NCBI RefSeq assembly: GCF_009914755.1
Contig: NC_060931.1
Source of the DNA: the human T2T-CHM13v2.0 reference genome, Homo sapiens
DNA: 64,000 nucleotides
Strand: one strand, 5' to 3'
In this document: positions 26,621 to 40,843 of the stretch, one piece after another
Layout: every line of letters begins with the position of its first letter
Position numbering within the stretch: position 1 is the first letter of the stretch
Notes under the pieces: model-generated
What the model was told of the DNA's origin: nothing
Seen by the model: only the letters and a program-made list of their open reading frames with translations
The model's database searches: none
Position numbers and translations under genes: made by a program

Positions 26621-28189
26621 GTATTTCATGTTATATGAAGAAAAATACAGGAAAGGAAAAAAGAGAAAGATCCATGAAACATTTAAGAGGTAAAAACCGC
26701 AAGACAAAGTAACCACAAAGCTGCCTATGAATTTTCAGAATGCTCCATCTTGACTTCAGTGCTAAAGTAAAGAATCTTCCTGAACACTCTAAGCACAGTT
26801 TCTAGAGAAAGTCCATCTAATCAAGAGCACATAACAGATGGTTCTTGATCTAGTTCCACAACACACAGCTCAAGGGCAATGCACTGATGGTTTGGGGCTG
26901 CCATATACCAGGGGTTCTGCACCACCCACAGGCGACAGAAGCAGGTGGAGTGCACCTGGCCAAAATCCATTGCTTGGGATTCCAAAGAGAGAGCCTTTGG
27001 CAATGCAGCTCTGCAATTAGCGGTCTGGTTTTATACTGCATCTTTGCTCGCTCAGAGAATTGAAACTCTTCTGGACCTAAGGAGTTGTCTCCAATGCCAA
27101 ACGTTAAATCTGAGGAACAGTTTTAAACACTGATTAATGCTATTTTTAGTCTGCAAGATGGTGGGAAAGACAGGAATAATGATGGGAAGGAGGGAGGAGG
27201 TGGTTAGTAAACACCTGGTTAAGAAAGACATAAAGCATTTCCTTTTAATGGAATGTTTGTTGGTTAAGAGATATAAAACAACATGTTATGTAACAATTTT
27301 CCTATCTCGAAGAAAGTTGCCTTAGAAAGACGCTGATGCTGGTTCAGCATTTGTCCTGAGACACATCCTGCTGACACACTGTACTCCGGTGACCCAGGCC
27401 AGTCAACATGGGGACAAAAGGCATCTAGAGTGACAATTGATGAAAGAAAATAACAGTCTCCTGTTTTTGCAATTGGCACGTATATAAGAAACAGACCTGC
27501 ATAAAGAAGCTTATTTTGCATTCTTCTACTTGTAGTCACTCCTTTTAATCTATACTGGCAGCAACATACCAAACAGGAAACAGTGAGACATAAGGAAATT
27601 TATATATAGATTCTGAATCCAAGAACAGTTCATTTAATGAAAAACTAAAGTCACAAAGGACATGCCCTTTCCATGTTCACGTTGTCAAACTGTATAATTC
27701 ATGTGTTTTCCAGCCTTCTCAGGTTCCTAGGGACCCACAAAGTGTGCAGCTTGCCAGCTGCCAGCATTTTGTAACACGGCCTGTGGGCAAACCCAGCAGG
27801 CCCACTACTGAAATCACAACCAGTTACCCAGCCGTATTACTTCAGCTTCTCTCCTGATTATGGCAACAGCAAATAACAGAGCAGTCAAAGGACTGCCTCA
27901 TTTACAGCTCACCCGCACAAGGTGAATATAGATGAAGGACGATGAGGTGTAAATCTAATTTTTAGGCCGGAGAACAACAGACAGTGGTTTCTACAGAATG
28001 TCCTGGAAGAAAGTCAGGCACACTGGGTTTCCCGATGGAATGGGGAGCCAGGGATCCCAGCAATACACCCCAGTCAGCCCTCACTGACAATAGGCTCACA
28101 TGACCAGCTGGATCCCTGAGTCAGACTATATAGAAACAAATGGAAGTTCCACCTTGTCTCTCTGACACTTGGGGATGTCTAATTTTCAC

Positions 28190-28400
28190 AACTTCACTTA
28201 CTGAATACTTATGCTGTGCCAAAAACGGTGCTGCATGCTTTATTTCACTTAAGCCTCACAAATACCCTATAATATAGGTACATTACTAGTCCCATTTTAC
28301 AGATGAGAAAACTGAGGCTTATAGGTTGGAGTAATTGGCCTAATGTCGCATAATTAGTAAGTGATAGAACTGGGACTAGAATTCCAGATCTGTGCTTTCG
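28190..28400 (-). mobile_element. MIR
   Basis: cccattttacagatgagaaaactgaggctt core. Confidence 0.8.
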
Positions 28401-28622
28401 ATAACCTATTCCTGCTTCAGTATGCCGAGTTTGTGGATCATCTCAGGTCAGGAGATCCCATCATGCTCCTCTTGCAGCTGACACCTATGGCGCCTGTATA
28501 CATGGATTAGTGGCTGGGATCACCTAACCAGTCCACTTGAAGCACAAAGCAATATGATAAAACAAAAGTGGCATCCACAGATAATTCTTCTGTTTCATAT
28601 GGAATTCTGCTCATTGGTATAC

Positions 28623-29124
28623 TGTGGTTACAAAAAGGCCCACAAAATCTTTCATTTCCTGTATGCAGTCTGCTTCGCAGTGTGACCCTTCAGCTCCTCC
28701 CATGAAGAGGTGAAGGCTATCTCTCCACCCTTGAATTTGAAATTAGCCAAGTGATTTTCTGTGGCCAATGAGAATTTAACAAACTATAGGCAAGCGGAGG
28801 CTTGAAAAGTCCCTACTCATGATTATACTTTCTTTTGCTTAAGAATCCTGGGCCCTCCTCTCTGTGGACAAACCCAGGCTAGTTTGTTAGATGATGCAGT
28901 ACACACAGCCATCTCATCCCAACCGCCCCAGCCAATAGCGAATCAACCACCTATCAGTCCATCCAGCCCCAGAAACTTGCAACCTCAGTTGATATTAGCT
29001 GAGACAGCCCAGACCAGGAGAATTCCCACCTGGCCCATGGAATTGAGAGAAATGATAAACATTTGTTGTTTTCAGCCACTAAGTTTTGGGATGGTTTGTT
29101 ACACAGTGTAAGCTAGCTGGCACA
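28623..29124 (+). mobile_element. MLT1 (MLT1G/H-like) MaLR LTR
   Basis: ctcctcccatgaagaggtg...ccacccttgaat ... tcagccactaagttttgggatggtttgttacacag. Confidence 0.75.
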
Positions 29125-30238
29125 AGAATTTAGAAAGTAAAGCTCTGACATCTTTGCAGTATTATCAGTAGCACAACGTAACTTGGGCCACATTCCTCTC
29201 ATCCAGACAGCACTGCTAGATGGGTTATGTCTGTTCAAGAAGAGAACTTGTTCTAAATCCAAGCCAGTAGCACAATGCATGTTTGTTTGTTTTATTTTGT
29301 GTTGTTTGCAGCCTACCTCATTCCCAACAGTTTTGAATTGAGTACCACTCCTAGGGTGGTTCCCAAGGCTAGCTGCAGCACAGCACAATCACCTGGGTAG
29401 CTTCGAAAAAATACTGATGCACTAGGCCCATCCTCAGGGATGCTGATTTCCTTGGTCTGGGGTGAGGCTGAAGTCTGGCTATTTTATTTTCTAGAATCAG
29501 AATGTGATACCTCTGCCATTGGCTAAATGATATGTTATATTTATTACTTGTTCTCTCAAACTTGGGCTATCAGGAAACTTTAAAAACCCATGCTTTCAAT
29601 TAAAGCAAGTTAACTCTTTCACTAGGAAAAGTTATCTTTAATGAAGCATCAACAGATGCTTAGCCTTTCCTGAAGCACTTAAATGTCAGTATTTGCAGGC
29701 CAGTAACCAAGACCCACAGCAGGCATGTGGTTAAACTAACAGGGCAGGCATATGGCCACTGCCATGTGAGATCTCAGCAAGTCACTGAACCTCTCCTATA
29801 TTCATCTTTCCTATTTGGAAATAGGTAGGTGTTGAATAACGAACCACGAAGTTCCCCTCCAGCCCTGAAAGCATGACTGTTTAATAGTTATCAACATTCC
29901 AAGCTAAATGAGCAATACCTGGTTCCTCTCATGAGGTTAGACTGCTAGCCCTGTCTTATCCTCCAGAAAGTGTCATATGTACAGCCCAGAGGTACCAGCA
30001 CAATGGGTCATGCATCAGTCACTGACTCAGTCAAGAAGCAGAGTGCCAACATGTGTCAAGCATTGTGCTAGGCACTGCACAACAGAAAGAGGGCGAAATG
30101 CTGGCATTCCTGAGCTTATCCTGTTTAGAGAGAAGCAGAGGAGAGAAAAATAAAACCACAGAGCTTCATGACTGGCACTTGATTGAACCCTCAATGAAGG
30201 AGAAAGGTGGAACCACTTCCGGTTCAGATGAAGGAGGG

Positions 30239-30614
30239 TGCTGAGAACTGAATGTTTGTGTCCCAGCGAAATTCATATGTTGAAACCCTAATCTTCAATG
30301 CCATGGTACTTGGAGATGGGGCCTCTGGGAGGCAAATAGGTTTAGATGAGGTCCTTGGGATGAAGCCCCCATAATGAGATTAACGTCCTTATAAGGAGAG
30401 GAACAGACACCAGCGTTTCCTCTCTCTGCCATAAGAGAACACAGCAAGAAGGTGGCCATCTGCAAAAGCAAGAAGAGGCTTCTCACTAGACCCAGAATCT
30501 CCTGGCACCTTGATCTTGGACTTGTAAGAAAAAAAAAAAAAAGTGTTGTTACTTAAACCACCCAGTCTATATGTTTTTTTTTTTTTGTTATGGCAGCCGA
30601 GGCTGACTAAGACA
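30239..30614 (+). mobile_element. MLT1A-like MaLR LTR
   Basis: actgaatgtttgtgtccc...aattcatatgttgaaacccta ... ttgttatggcagccgaggctgactaagaca. Confidence 0.85.
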
Positions 30615-31734
30615 GAAGACTTTTCCAAAAACGGTGGGACTTCAGATGAGGGCCAAGTAGAAAACAAGGTGGGGAAGTGAGATAGGTGGAAATGAAGGAG
30701 AGGAAGAAAAAAGTCATTTCATGGAAGGAAACGTGAGGCTAAAAGAGAAAAATGAAAAAAGTCAGCAAGGTAAGCACAGAGCAACCTCCCTAGACAGAGA
30801 AAGAAAAAAAAATGGTTTGTTTAATCCTAAGCAAAACACATTGACACTTTCTATTCTTTCCAATAAACCTGACATTCAAAAGAGAAAGTCATCATTGTCT
30901 GGCAGCACTAAGCAGCTAGTTGTCTGACAGGGAGAGGCCATGCTAACTGCTTTAGAGTTTCCTTTTCTAATTAAATCAATTAATTTTAAAGCACGTCTTA
31001 AATTGGGGTGATGTCGTTTATAATACTTTGACAGCATCAAGAAGGAATCGCTAGTTCATAAATATGTATTATCAGCTACTGGCACAGCAGAGAAGGGAAG
31101 AAAGACTTAAAGGCCTTTCACACCATGAAAGTGACAGATCCGAGGCAAAAGTTGAGGAATCCTAAGTCCAGAGGGGCTGGTAAGACTCACAGTCTCAGCC
31201 TCTGAGGCAATATTGGGATTGTAACAAAATACTCAAAGGAATCATGATTTGAGCACAAAAAGAGGGAGAAGAGGGGAGGGAGAGGAGAGGGGTATGGAGA
31301 AAAGGGGAGTGAAAATGTAAGAGAAAGAAAAAAAAACCAAAAGCATCTTTTATTTGTGATGTGCCATTATTAAGAATATTGCAGCTAAAGGAATAAACAA
31401 ACAAAAATCAGCAATGCAAGGAGTGTGTCTTCATACTTATTTTTCCTCTTCTTTAAAGGGGTAAAGCTTAACTTGAAACAGAATTCCAAGCCATCATTAG
31501 TCTCAGATACAGCTTACCTGAATGTTTCTGTAAGTTCTCCTTACTGAGCATAGCCACGAGTACCTGAATTCAACCCTAGTACCTTGAAGTCAACTACATT
31601 TGCACCCAGTTGGGAAACCAATTGTTAAGCATGTTATGTTTTCCTATTTGAATTAAAATGTGTTTTCTAAAGAAAAGGCATTAGAAAGAGATTTTTCAGG
31701 CCTATCACTACACATGCAGATACTTGTTAAGCAC

Positions 31735-31780
31735 TGAATGATGAATGAATGAATGAATGAATGAATGAATGAGTGAATGG
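31735..31780 (+). repeat. (ATGA)8 tract, probably an L2 tail
   Basis: Directly visible. Confidence 0.88.
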
Positions 31781-33448
31781 ATAACTACTTTCCATGGTTC
31801 ACCCAGGGGCAGCCTATTAATTGCACACATAAATGCCCCCATAGAACCAACCAGTCTTCTGTAAGGAGAAGACTCTCTAAACCAATTCTTTTTCATTTAT
31901 TTATTTCAATCACTTATTCTCAAATACTATTCTCAAATTCTATTTGAGAACCTACTAAGTCAGATGCCTTAATAAACACATCATGATTAAATTATTTCAT
32001 TCTATGGTATTTGGTGAGTATTCACACCTCAATTTCCTAGGAGGCTATGAGCTCCACAAAAGGAAAGGCCTGACTTAAGTAACTTTCCAAAAGTCATACA
32101 ACCAAAAAGTACTATAATTGGGTTTTGAGTCTAAGAATCTGGCCCCCAGGATCTGAATAGCTGTGAGCTACAGTCTTTCTCTTGGGGGCTCAGTAAATAT
32201 TTGGGGAATGAAAGATTTACATATGATCCATGACTTTAAAATACCTTGAGAAGAGCAATAATACACATTACTTTTAAATGAATCATATTTGAAAACAAAA
32301 ATTATCCCAAAAGTGTTAGGAATAATTCTGATTTAGATATAAGTGCTCTGTTACCAAAACATGGAAAGTCTAAAGAAAAGAAATATTTCTTATCTCAAAG
32401 ACCAGCAAACACCACCATTAGCATTTGACATATTTTCTTATGTTCTTTTACTGCGATTACTTATTTATTTTTACACTTCTGGAATCATGTTTTCCTTCAA
32501 ATTATATCCTAAGAATGTTATCACCTCACCACACATTTTTCAAGCATCTTAGTCACTCCATAATATGTTACCCCATGAATAGACCCCAACTGGTGTGATC
32601 AATCATTCCCTTCTTGACAAACACTTGGGTCGCTTCCAACTTTTTACAATAATGAAATAATTCTTTAGGGTTATTCTCCTTAACTATTCTTTCACAGTTT
32701 CTCTATTGAATTAGAACAAATCCCTAGCATTTTTAATTAAATGTGTAGTTGAAGTAAAATATCTCCACAAATTATGTGAAAGCAAGGGCATAACTAGGGT
32801 TTAGATGCTGTGTAGTTTCAGATGATGGGTCTGGGGCTCCATCACCATCACCCAGGGACTAAAGTGGAGATGAGGTGACAGAACCCCTGCACACGTCAAG
32901 CAGGGATCAGGGACTATACAGACTGTGACCCACTTGCAGGGCAGTGTGAGAGATGGGAGGGCTGTGGAACAGCCTGACAGAAAAGCAGCTGCAGAGAAAA
33001 GTCCTCAAGTGGCAAGGTGGTGGCCACCTGGACCTGGTAAGAGGGCTGGTGGTGAGGTAAGAGGAACAGAGCACAGGTGAGAAGAGAAGGTACTGAGCAT
33101 GTGGACCTGGGGACCAGAGAGCTGGTGCCCAAAGACCATGGGGAACAAGCCATGCCTCAGGGCCACCATCATGAACAAAGGACAGCACAAAACCAGGAGA
33201 CCCTCAAAGATGCTGGGATGATCCAAATCCTCAGATATTCAGCTCACTCCTATTACCTAATAGATGGAAAGTGAATTACCATCTACAGGAAATAAAGTGT
33301 CTCCTTCCCAATACTTAATATACTGCCTCTGTTCTCAGGCATCCTTCTGAATTAAGAATGGCTATTTGTAGGTCGAAGTGGTGAAAAAACCTTATCAAGG
33401 TGAACATAAGTTTTATCTATAAATGCATACCATAAAAAGAAAAGAACC

Positions 33449-33866
<418 letters not shown>

Positions 33867-33895
33867 TCATGAGCTATGCTTCTTAAGCTAAGAAG

Positions 33896-34310
33896 TGTGT
33901 ATAATGGTTTGCTAGGGCTGTCAATAACAAAATACCACAGACTGGGTGGCTTAAAACACAAACATGTACTTTCTCACAGTTCTGCAGACTGGAAGTCTGA
34001 GATCGAGGTGCCATCAACTGTTTCCTCAGGATGGTTTCTCCTTGGCTTGCAGGTGGCTACTCCCTAGATACCTCTTCACATGGTCTTTTTTTCTGTGCAC
34101 GTGCTCTTTCATAGTTTCTGAGTAAAGTCTAAATCCTAATCTCTTTTTATAAGGACACTAATTATGTTGGATTAGTGCCCATCCTAATGACCTCATTTTA
34201 ACTTAATCACCTCTTTCAGGGCCCTAGCTCTGAATACAGTCACATTCTGAGGTGCTAGGGGTTAGGGTTTCAACATATGAATTTGGGGGGTGGGGAGGTC
34301 ACAATTCAGT
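33896..34310 (-). mobile_element. MLT1B/C-like MaLR LTR
   Basis: gctagggctgtcaataacaaaataccacagactgggtggcttaaa ... ggtttcaacatatgaatttggggg. Confidence 0.82.
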
Positions 34311-34909
34311 GGGGGTGGGTGGGGAGGTCACAATTCCCACGTCAGTGGGAGATGAAAGCAAAGGGAGGCTGAGCTGCAAGAGTTCCGGGTCCTTCACCTC
34401 CTTCAACCCATCCCTCTCTTTCAACCAGTCATCACCCATTCTTACCTTTTCCCCTAGTTTTATCAGCTTTTTGTAAAACAGTTCCATTTAAAAGAGAAAA
34501 TGCTACTAGGCTAAAAACACTGAAATAATAGTCAATGCAACATTTACAAAACTATCACTTTCCATTTAAAAATCAAAGAAAAGATATCTTCATATGAAAA
34601 TATTAACAGGGACCACCTTTAGAAGAAATGTGTTTTTTCAAAACTTTCTTCCTAAGTCCCCCACCACCTGCTCCTTTCCCCTACTCTCTGTTTTTTATTT
34701 TTGCTTTTGTTTTATTTCAGGGACCTGTTTGCTTTTGTAGTATTTTCTACCTATTTAGAGGTAAAACTTCTTAACTGCTATGACCAAAAACAATAGTAAT
34801 GATTTTGGGAAAAGCACCTTGAGACAAAAGCATCTCATCCTAATGTTGTCAGGCTATCAAGGAGCTCAAAATCTCTTGAAACTCATTAATGTCTTCTTTT
34901 GTCTTGTTT

Positions 34910-35004
34910 ATTGTTTTTTTTTGTTTTGAGACAATCTCTCTGTGTTACCCAGGCTGGCCTCAAACTCCTAGCTCAAGAGATCCTTCTGCCTCAGCCTCCC
35001 AAGT
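34910..35004 (-). mobile_element. Alu monomer / FLAM fragment
   Basis: tgttacccaggctggcctcaaactcctagctcaagagatcc. Confidence 0.75.
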
Positions 35005-35028
35005 CATTAGTTATTAAAATATGCAAGG

Positions 35029-36159
35029 ACCTAACACCATAAAAACCACAGAAGAAAACCTAGGCAATACCATTCAGGACATAGGCATAGGCAAAGAGTT
35101 CATGACTAAAACACAAAAAGCAATGGCAACAAAAGCCAAAATAGACAAATGGGATCTAATTAAACTAAAGAGCTTCTGCACAGCAAAAGAAACTATCATC
35201 AGAGTGAACAGGCAACCTACAGAATGCGAGAAAATTTTTGTGATCTACCCATCTGACAAAGGGCTAATATCCAGAATCTACAAAGAAGTTAAACAAATGT
35301 ACAAGAAAAAAAACATCAAAAAGTGGGTAAAGGATATGAACAGACACTTCTCAAAAGAAGACATTTATGCAGCCAACAGACACATGAAAAAATGCTCATC
35401 ATCACTGACCATCAGAGAAATGCAAATCAAAACCACAATGAGATATCATCTCATGCCAGTTAGAATGGTGATCATTAAAAAGTCAGGCAACAACAGATGC
35501 TGGAGAGGATGTGGAGAAATAGGAACGCTTTTACACTGTTGGTGGGAGTGTAAATTAGTTCAGCCATTGTGGAAGACAGTGTGGCAATTCCTCAAGGATC
35601 TAGAACTAGAAATACCATTTGACCCAGCAATCCCATTACTGGACATATACCCAAAGGATTATAAATCATTCTACCATAAAGACATATGCACATGTATGTT
35701 TATTGTAGCACTATTCACAATAGCAAAGACTTGGAACCAACCGAAATGCTCATCAATGATAGACTGGATAAAGAAAATGTGGCACATATATACCATGGAA
35801 TACTATGCAGCCATAAGAAAGGATGAGTTCATGTCTTTTGCAGGGACATGGATAAAGCTGGAAACCATCATTCTCAGCAAACTATCACAAGGACAGAAAA
35901 CCAAACACCGCATGTTCTCACCCATAGGTGGAAGCTGAACAATGAGAACACATGGACACAGGGCGGGAACATCACACAGCAGGGCCTGTCAGGGGTTGGG
36001 GGCTGGGGGATGGATAGCATTAGGAGAAATACCTAATATAAATGACGAGTTGATGGGTGCAGCAAACCAACGTGGCACATATATACCTATGTAACAAACC
36101 TACACATTGTGCACATGTACCCTAGAACTTAAAGTATAATAAAAATTAAAAAAATAAAA
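35029..36159 (+). mobile_element. 5'-truncated L1PA (about L1PA5-6), ORF2 C-terminus + 3'UTR + A tail
   Basis: ORF 35021-35938 translates to the L1 ORF2p C-terminus including [18 protein letters not shown]; 3' end ...cacatgtaccctagaacttaaagtataat. Degenerate TSD at 35015-35028 / 36160-36173. Confidence 0.95.
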
Positions 36160-36826
36160 TACAATACACAAAGATAGAACTATTATCACAATGCATTGCT
36201 ATCCATGAATCCTTCAAATCATATTCTGTAAGAGTACCTTTCTGCCCATGCAGAAATATGTTGTCATCAAATGGATGTTACTAACCTAAGCTTTCAACTG
36301 CAGGAAAAGCTTATGTTTTAGCTGCTTTGCACTATTCAGAAAAGCTCAAATTGAAAATAATTAGAATAGTTTTTAAGCCAGGAAATTGAGTTTTGTGTTT
36401 ACATCATTCCTCTAACCTCCATAGTAATAATAATAATCAACCCATGTGATTATTATGACTCTCCATTTGAATCTATATTGAAAATTTTGATAGCACTTAA
36501 AATTAATAAGGCAGCTGTAACAATATACCAAGTATGAATGAAAATATTTATATATTCTATTATTCATATTTATATTTTCCTATTACATATTATTTTGATC
36601 TAGATTTCATTGGCAATACCCCTAAAATCCTACAGATTTAATAAATGTCATTCCAATTTAACTTTTCCAAGTGTCTTCACGCTCCCCAAGCTTTTAAGAA
36701 ACACTAACTTTAAAACAAAACCAATTTTTCCTTATTACTGTTGGGGTATTACGTGCAAATTCAAATTAAGCCAATTTAGGTACACCATTTACATAATGTA
36801 TACTTCCTAATATGTAAAGAATCCTT

Positions 36827-37157
<331 letters not shown>

Positions 37158-39529
37158 TTATCACACATGGCTGCTGAACTGGTGAAGAGGCATTATTACG
37201 GTTACTATGACTATACTAATTATTCTGAAGTTGCTCCTTGATGCAACAGGAAGAGTGCTGTATTTGATTATTGATGTCTGTCACAGGCATAAGGGGCAGG
37301 CACAGAAGTGCAGGCAGTGCCTAATATCCACACCAACTCCAGGACCATGACTGACTTACCACACCTTGTGCCCAGCAGCAAGACATCTAGTTTGCATTAG
37401 GCCATGTGTGCAGGAGGGACCAATGGAAGGGAATGGAATTAATGAGAGCTGAACCCTGACACTGGCGGGTCTATAAACATGTAAGAATTGCCCAAAGGAA
37501 ACTCAATGATTTTGTAACAGCTCTACATAATGGGTGATACAGATGCTATTATTATTGAGTTATATAAAAACTGATGCTTAGAGAGGCACAAGGTAACATC
37601 TGGGTCAGAATGAGACTCAGAAACCAGGTTCCTCCAACAGCAAAGTCCATGCTGTTCAGCTGTAACTATATTGCCATTAGAAGCTACATGTTTTAACATT
37701 ACACTTTTAAAATGATAATGTAATCCAACCCTCATCTATTTTTGCTGATAAATATAACCTGCATCATATGAAAGTTGAGAAATAATTTATGCTACCTAAA
37801 GTAATAGTCTAAAACCCAGAAATGACTTTTGTACAAATACTCTCATCTTATCTTTTTCTACTGTTTAAAAAAAAAAAAGAAATGCCCCCAAATTAGGAAC
37901 ACTAAGTATGCAATTTACAATCATAAAAAGTATTTTTTAAATTACTATACACATAATTTCTAATGATAGCTAGAATTTTAATATGTGTATTCATATCTAT
38001 CTATATTACAAATATCGTATTTGTGTGATTATACCTTTGTATCGAAAGAAAACAAACACCAACTCACATATGAAAAACAGAACCACCTGATAGAAGTACT
38101 TGCCGTTAGTGCAAAGCATAGTAGAACCGAAACAGAAAAAAAAAGGAACATAAAGAAAAATAATGGCTGGAATAGGGCTGCTTCCATTTTATAATAAATT
38201 GATATAACATATATATATATAAAATGAAAACACTTTTTTAAAAGAAATTTTCAAGGAAGTTAGAATTCAGAAAGTTTTGGGATGAAAAGCAAATCCCAGC
38301 CAGGGTTTTGACAGGTGGGGAGGTATAAACAGAGTAATCCGTGTGAGAGGTTGGTTATGAGTACCATTTTGATTAGGCTGACCACAGCCTTAGAGGCAAT
38401 AAAAAAGTGGCATTAATAGGTCTTTTGAGATATTATGTATATGTTCTTTCTTATTAACATAGAAATGGAAGCAATTTTCATAAAAACAGAAAACCAAAAT
38501 ATCATAATTATGTTACATTTGTCAGGTCATAAGTTTCTTGGAAATAAATTACTGAAACAAATGAATTTCATTTTTTCAATCTAAATGGTAATTCTCCATG
38601 ACAGCAAAAATCTTACACAACACTGTACTGAGTGTAAATGGATGTTCAAGTAGATTATAACACTGCAACCTGCCCGGAAGTTGCCTTAACGAGTCCTGGA
38701 ATTGGAGGCCCAGGACTCCAAGTCTGTTGGCAAGACTCAATCTCAACCTAAATGCAGTCTTTTGGTGAGAAAATAATACTCAAAGAAGTAGCACAAAGAA
38801 CAATTTTAAACTAAGTAATGAATCCTATATTAGTAATGCAGACTTGATGGTGAGGCCAGTCTTCAAGCTTCTCATTGGTTTTTATTTTGCAGATTAGTGA
38901 GACAACATATGATCATCCAGAAACCTCCTGGATTAGTGAGTTCTGATGTTTGTATCAATCAGAAAAGCAGAAACCACTTCAAGGATTTACAGTACAGTCA
39001 TGAGCCGCATAATAATGTTTTGTGTCAAAGACAGATCAAATATCTAATGGTACTCCCATAAGATTGTAGTGGAGCTGAAAAATTCTTACCACCTAGTGAT
39101 GTTGCAGCCATAGCGATATCATGGCACAATGCATTACCCACGTGTTTGTGGTGATGCTGGTGGAAACAAACCTGCTATGCTACCAGGCATATAAAAGTCT
39201 TGCATATGCAATTATGTACAGAACATAATGATAGTGATAAAAAATGGCTAGGTTACTGGTTTCTGTATTTACTATACTTCTTATCATTAGGGTGAATTCC
39301 CATCGATTAAAAAAAAAATAACTGTAAGTCAGCCTTGGGCAGGTCCTTCAGGAGGTGTACCTTCCAAAAGAAGGCATTGTTGTCCTAGGAGATGACAGCT
39401 GCATGTATGTTAGTGCCCTGAAAACCTTCCAGTAGGACAAGGCGTGGAGGTGGAAGACAGTGATACTGGTGATCCTGACCCTGTGTAGGCCTAGGCTAAT
39501 GTGTGTGCGTCTCAGTTTTTAACAAAAAA

Positions 39530-39530
<1 letters not shown>

Positions 39531-39570
<40 letters not shown>

Positions 39571-40212
39571 GAATATATATATAGAATATATATTTATATA
39601 TATAGAATATATATATAGAATATATATATAGAATATATATATAGAATATATATATTCAATATATGAATATATATATTCATATATATAGAATATATATATT
39701 CATATATTGAATATATATAGAATATATATATTCTATATTGAATATATATATTCATATATACAGTATATATGAATATATATATTTTTATATATTTATGTAT
39801 ATATTTATATATATTTTTATATATGAATATATATATTTATATATAATTATTTATATATTTTTATATATTAATTATATATATAATTATAAATATATATTAA
39901 ATATATATTTATATATATATTTTTATATATATTTATATATAGAATATATATATTTATATATAGAATATATATATTTATATATAGAATATATATTTACATA
40001 TAGAATATATATATTTTTATATATTTATATATATTCTATATATATAGAATATATATATTTATATATAGAATATTTATAGAATATATTTATATAGAATATA
40101 TGGAATATATTCTATAAAATATATATTCTATATAAATATATTCTATAAAATATATATTCTATAAAATATATATATTCTATATAAATATATATATTTATAC
40201 TTATATATAAAT
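39531..40212. repeat. AT-rich (TA)n-derived compound micro/minisatellite, ~680 bp
   Basis: Nearly pure A/T with recurring TAGAATATATA and its inverse TATATATTCTA. Confidence 0.95.
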
Positions 40213-40528
40213 TTAAAACTAGAAAAAAGCTTATAGAATAAGGATATAAAGAAAGAAAATATTTTTGTACAGGTGTACAATGTGTTTGTTTGGAGCTGTT
40301 ATTACAAAAAACCTCTAAAAATTAAAAATGTTTATAAAGTAAAATGTTACTGTGAGCTAAGGTTATAGTGAAGAAAGAGAAGTATGATTTTGATAAATTT
40401 AGCATAGCTTAAGTGTACAGTGTTTATTATCTACAGTCATGTGCTGCCCTAGGCCTTCACATTCACTCACCACTCACTCATTGCTCACCCAGAGCAACAT
40501 CCAGTCCTGCAAGCTCCATTCATGATAA

Positions 40529-40843
<315 letters not shown>

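Noticed and set aside
31509-31530. Possible recursive splice site (CATTCAG|GTAAGC on the minus strand)
   Set aside because: No adequate polypyrimidine tract upstream of the AG.
39738-40079. 113-aa Y/I-rich ORF
   Set aside because: Artefact of the AT-rich repeat.
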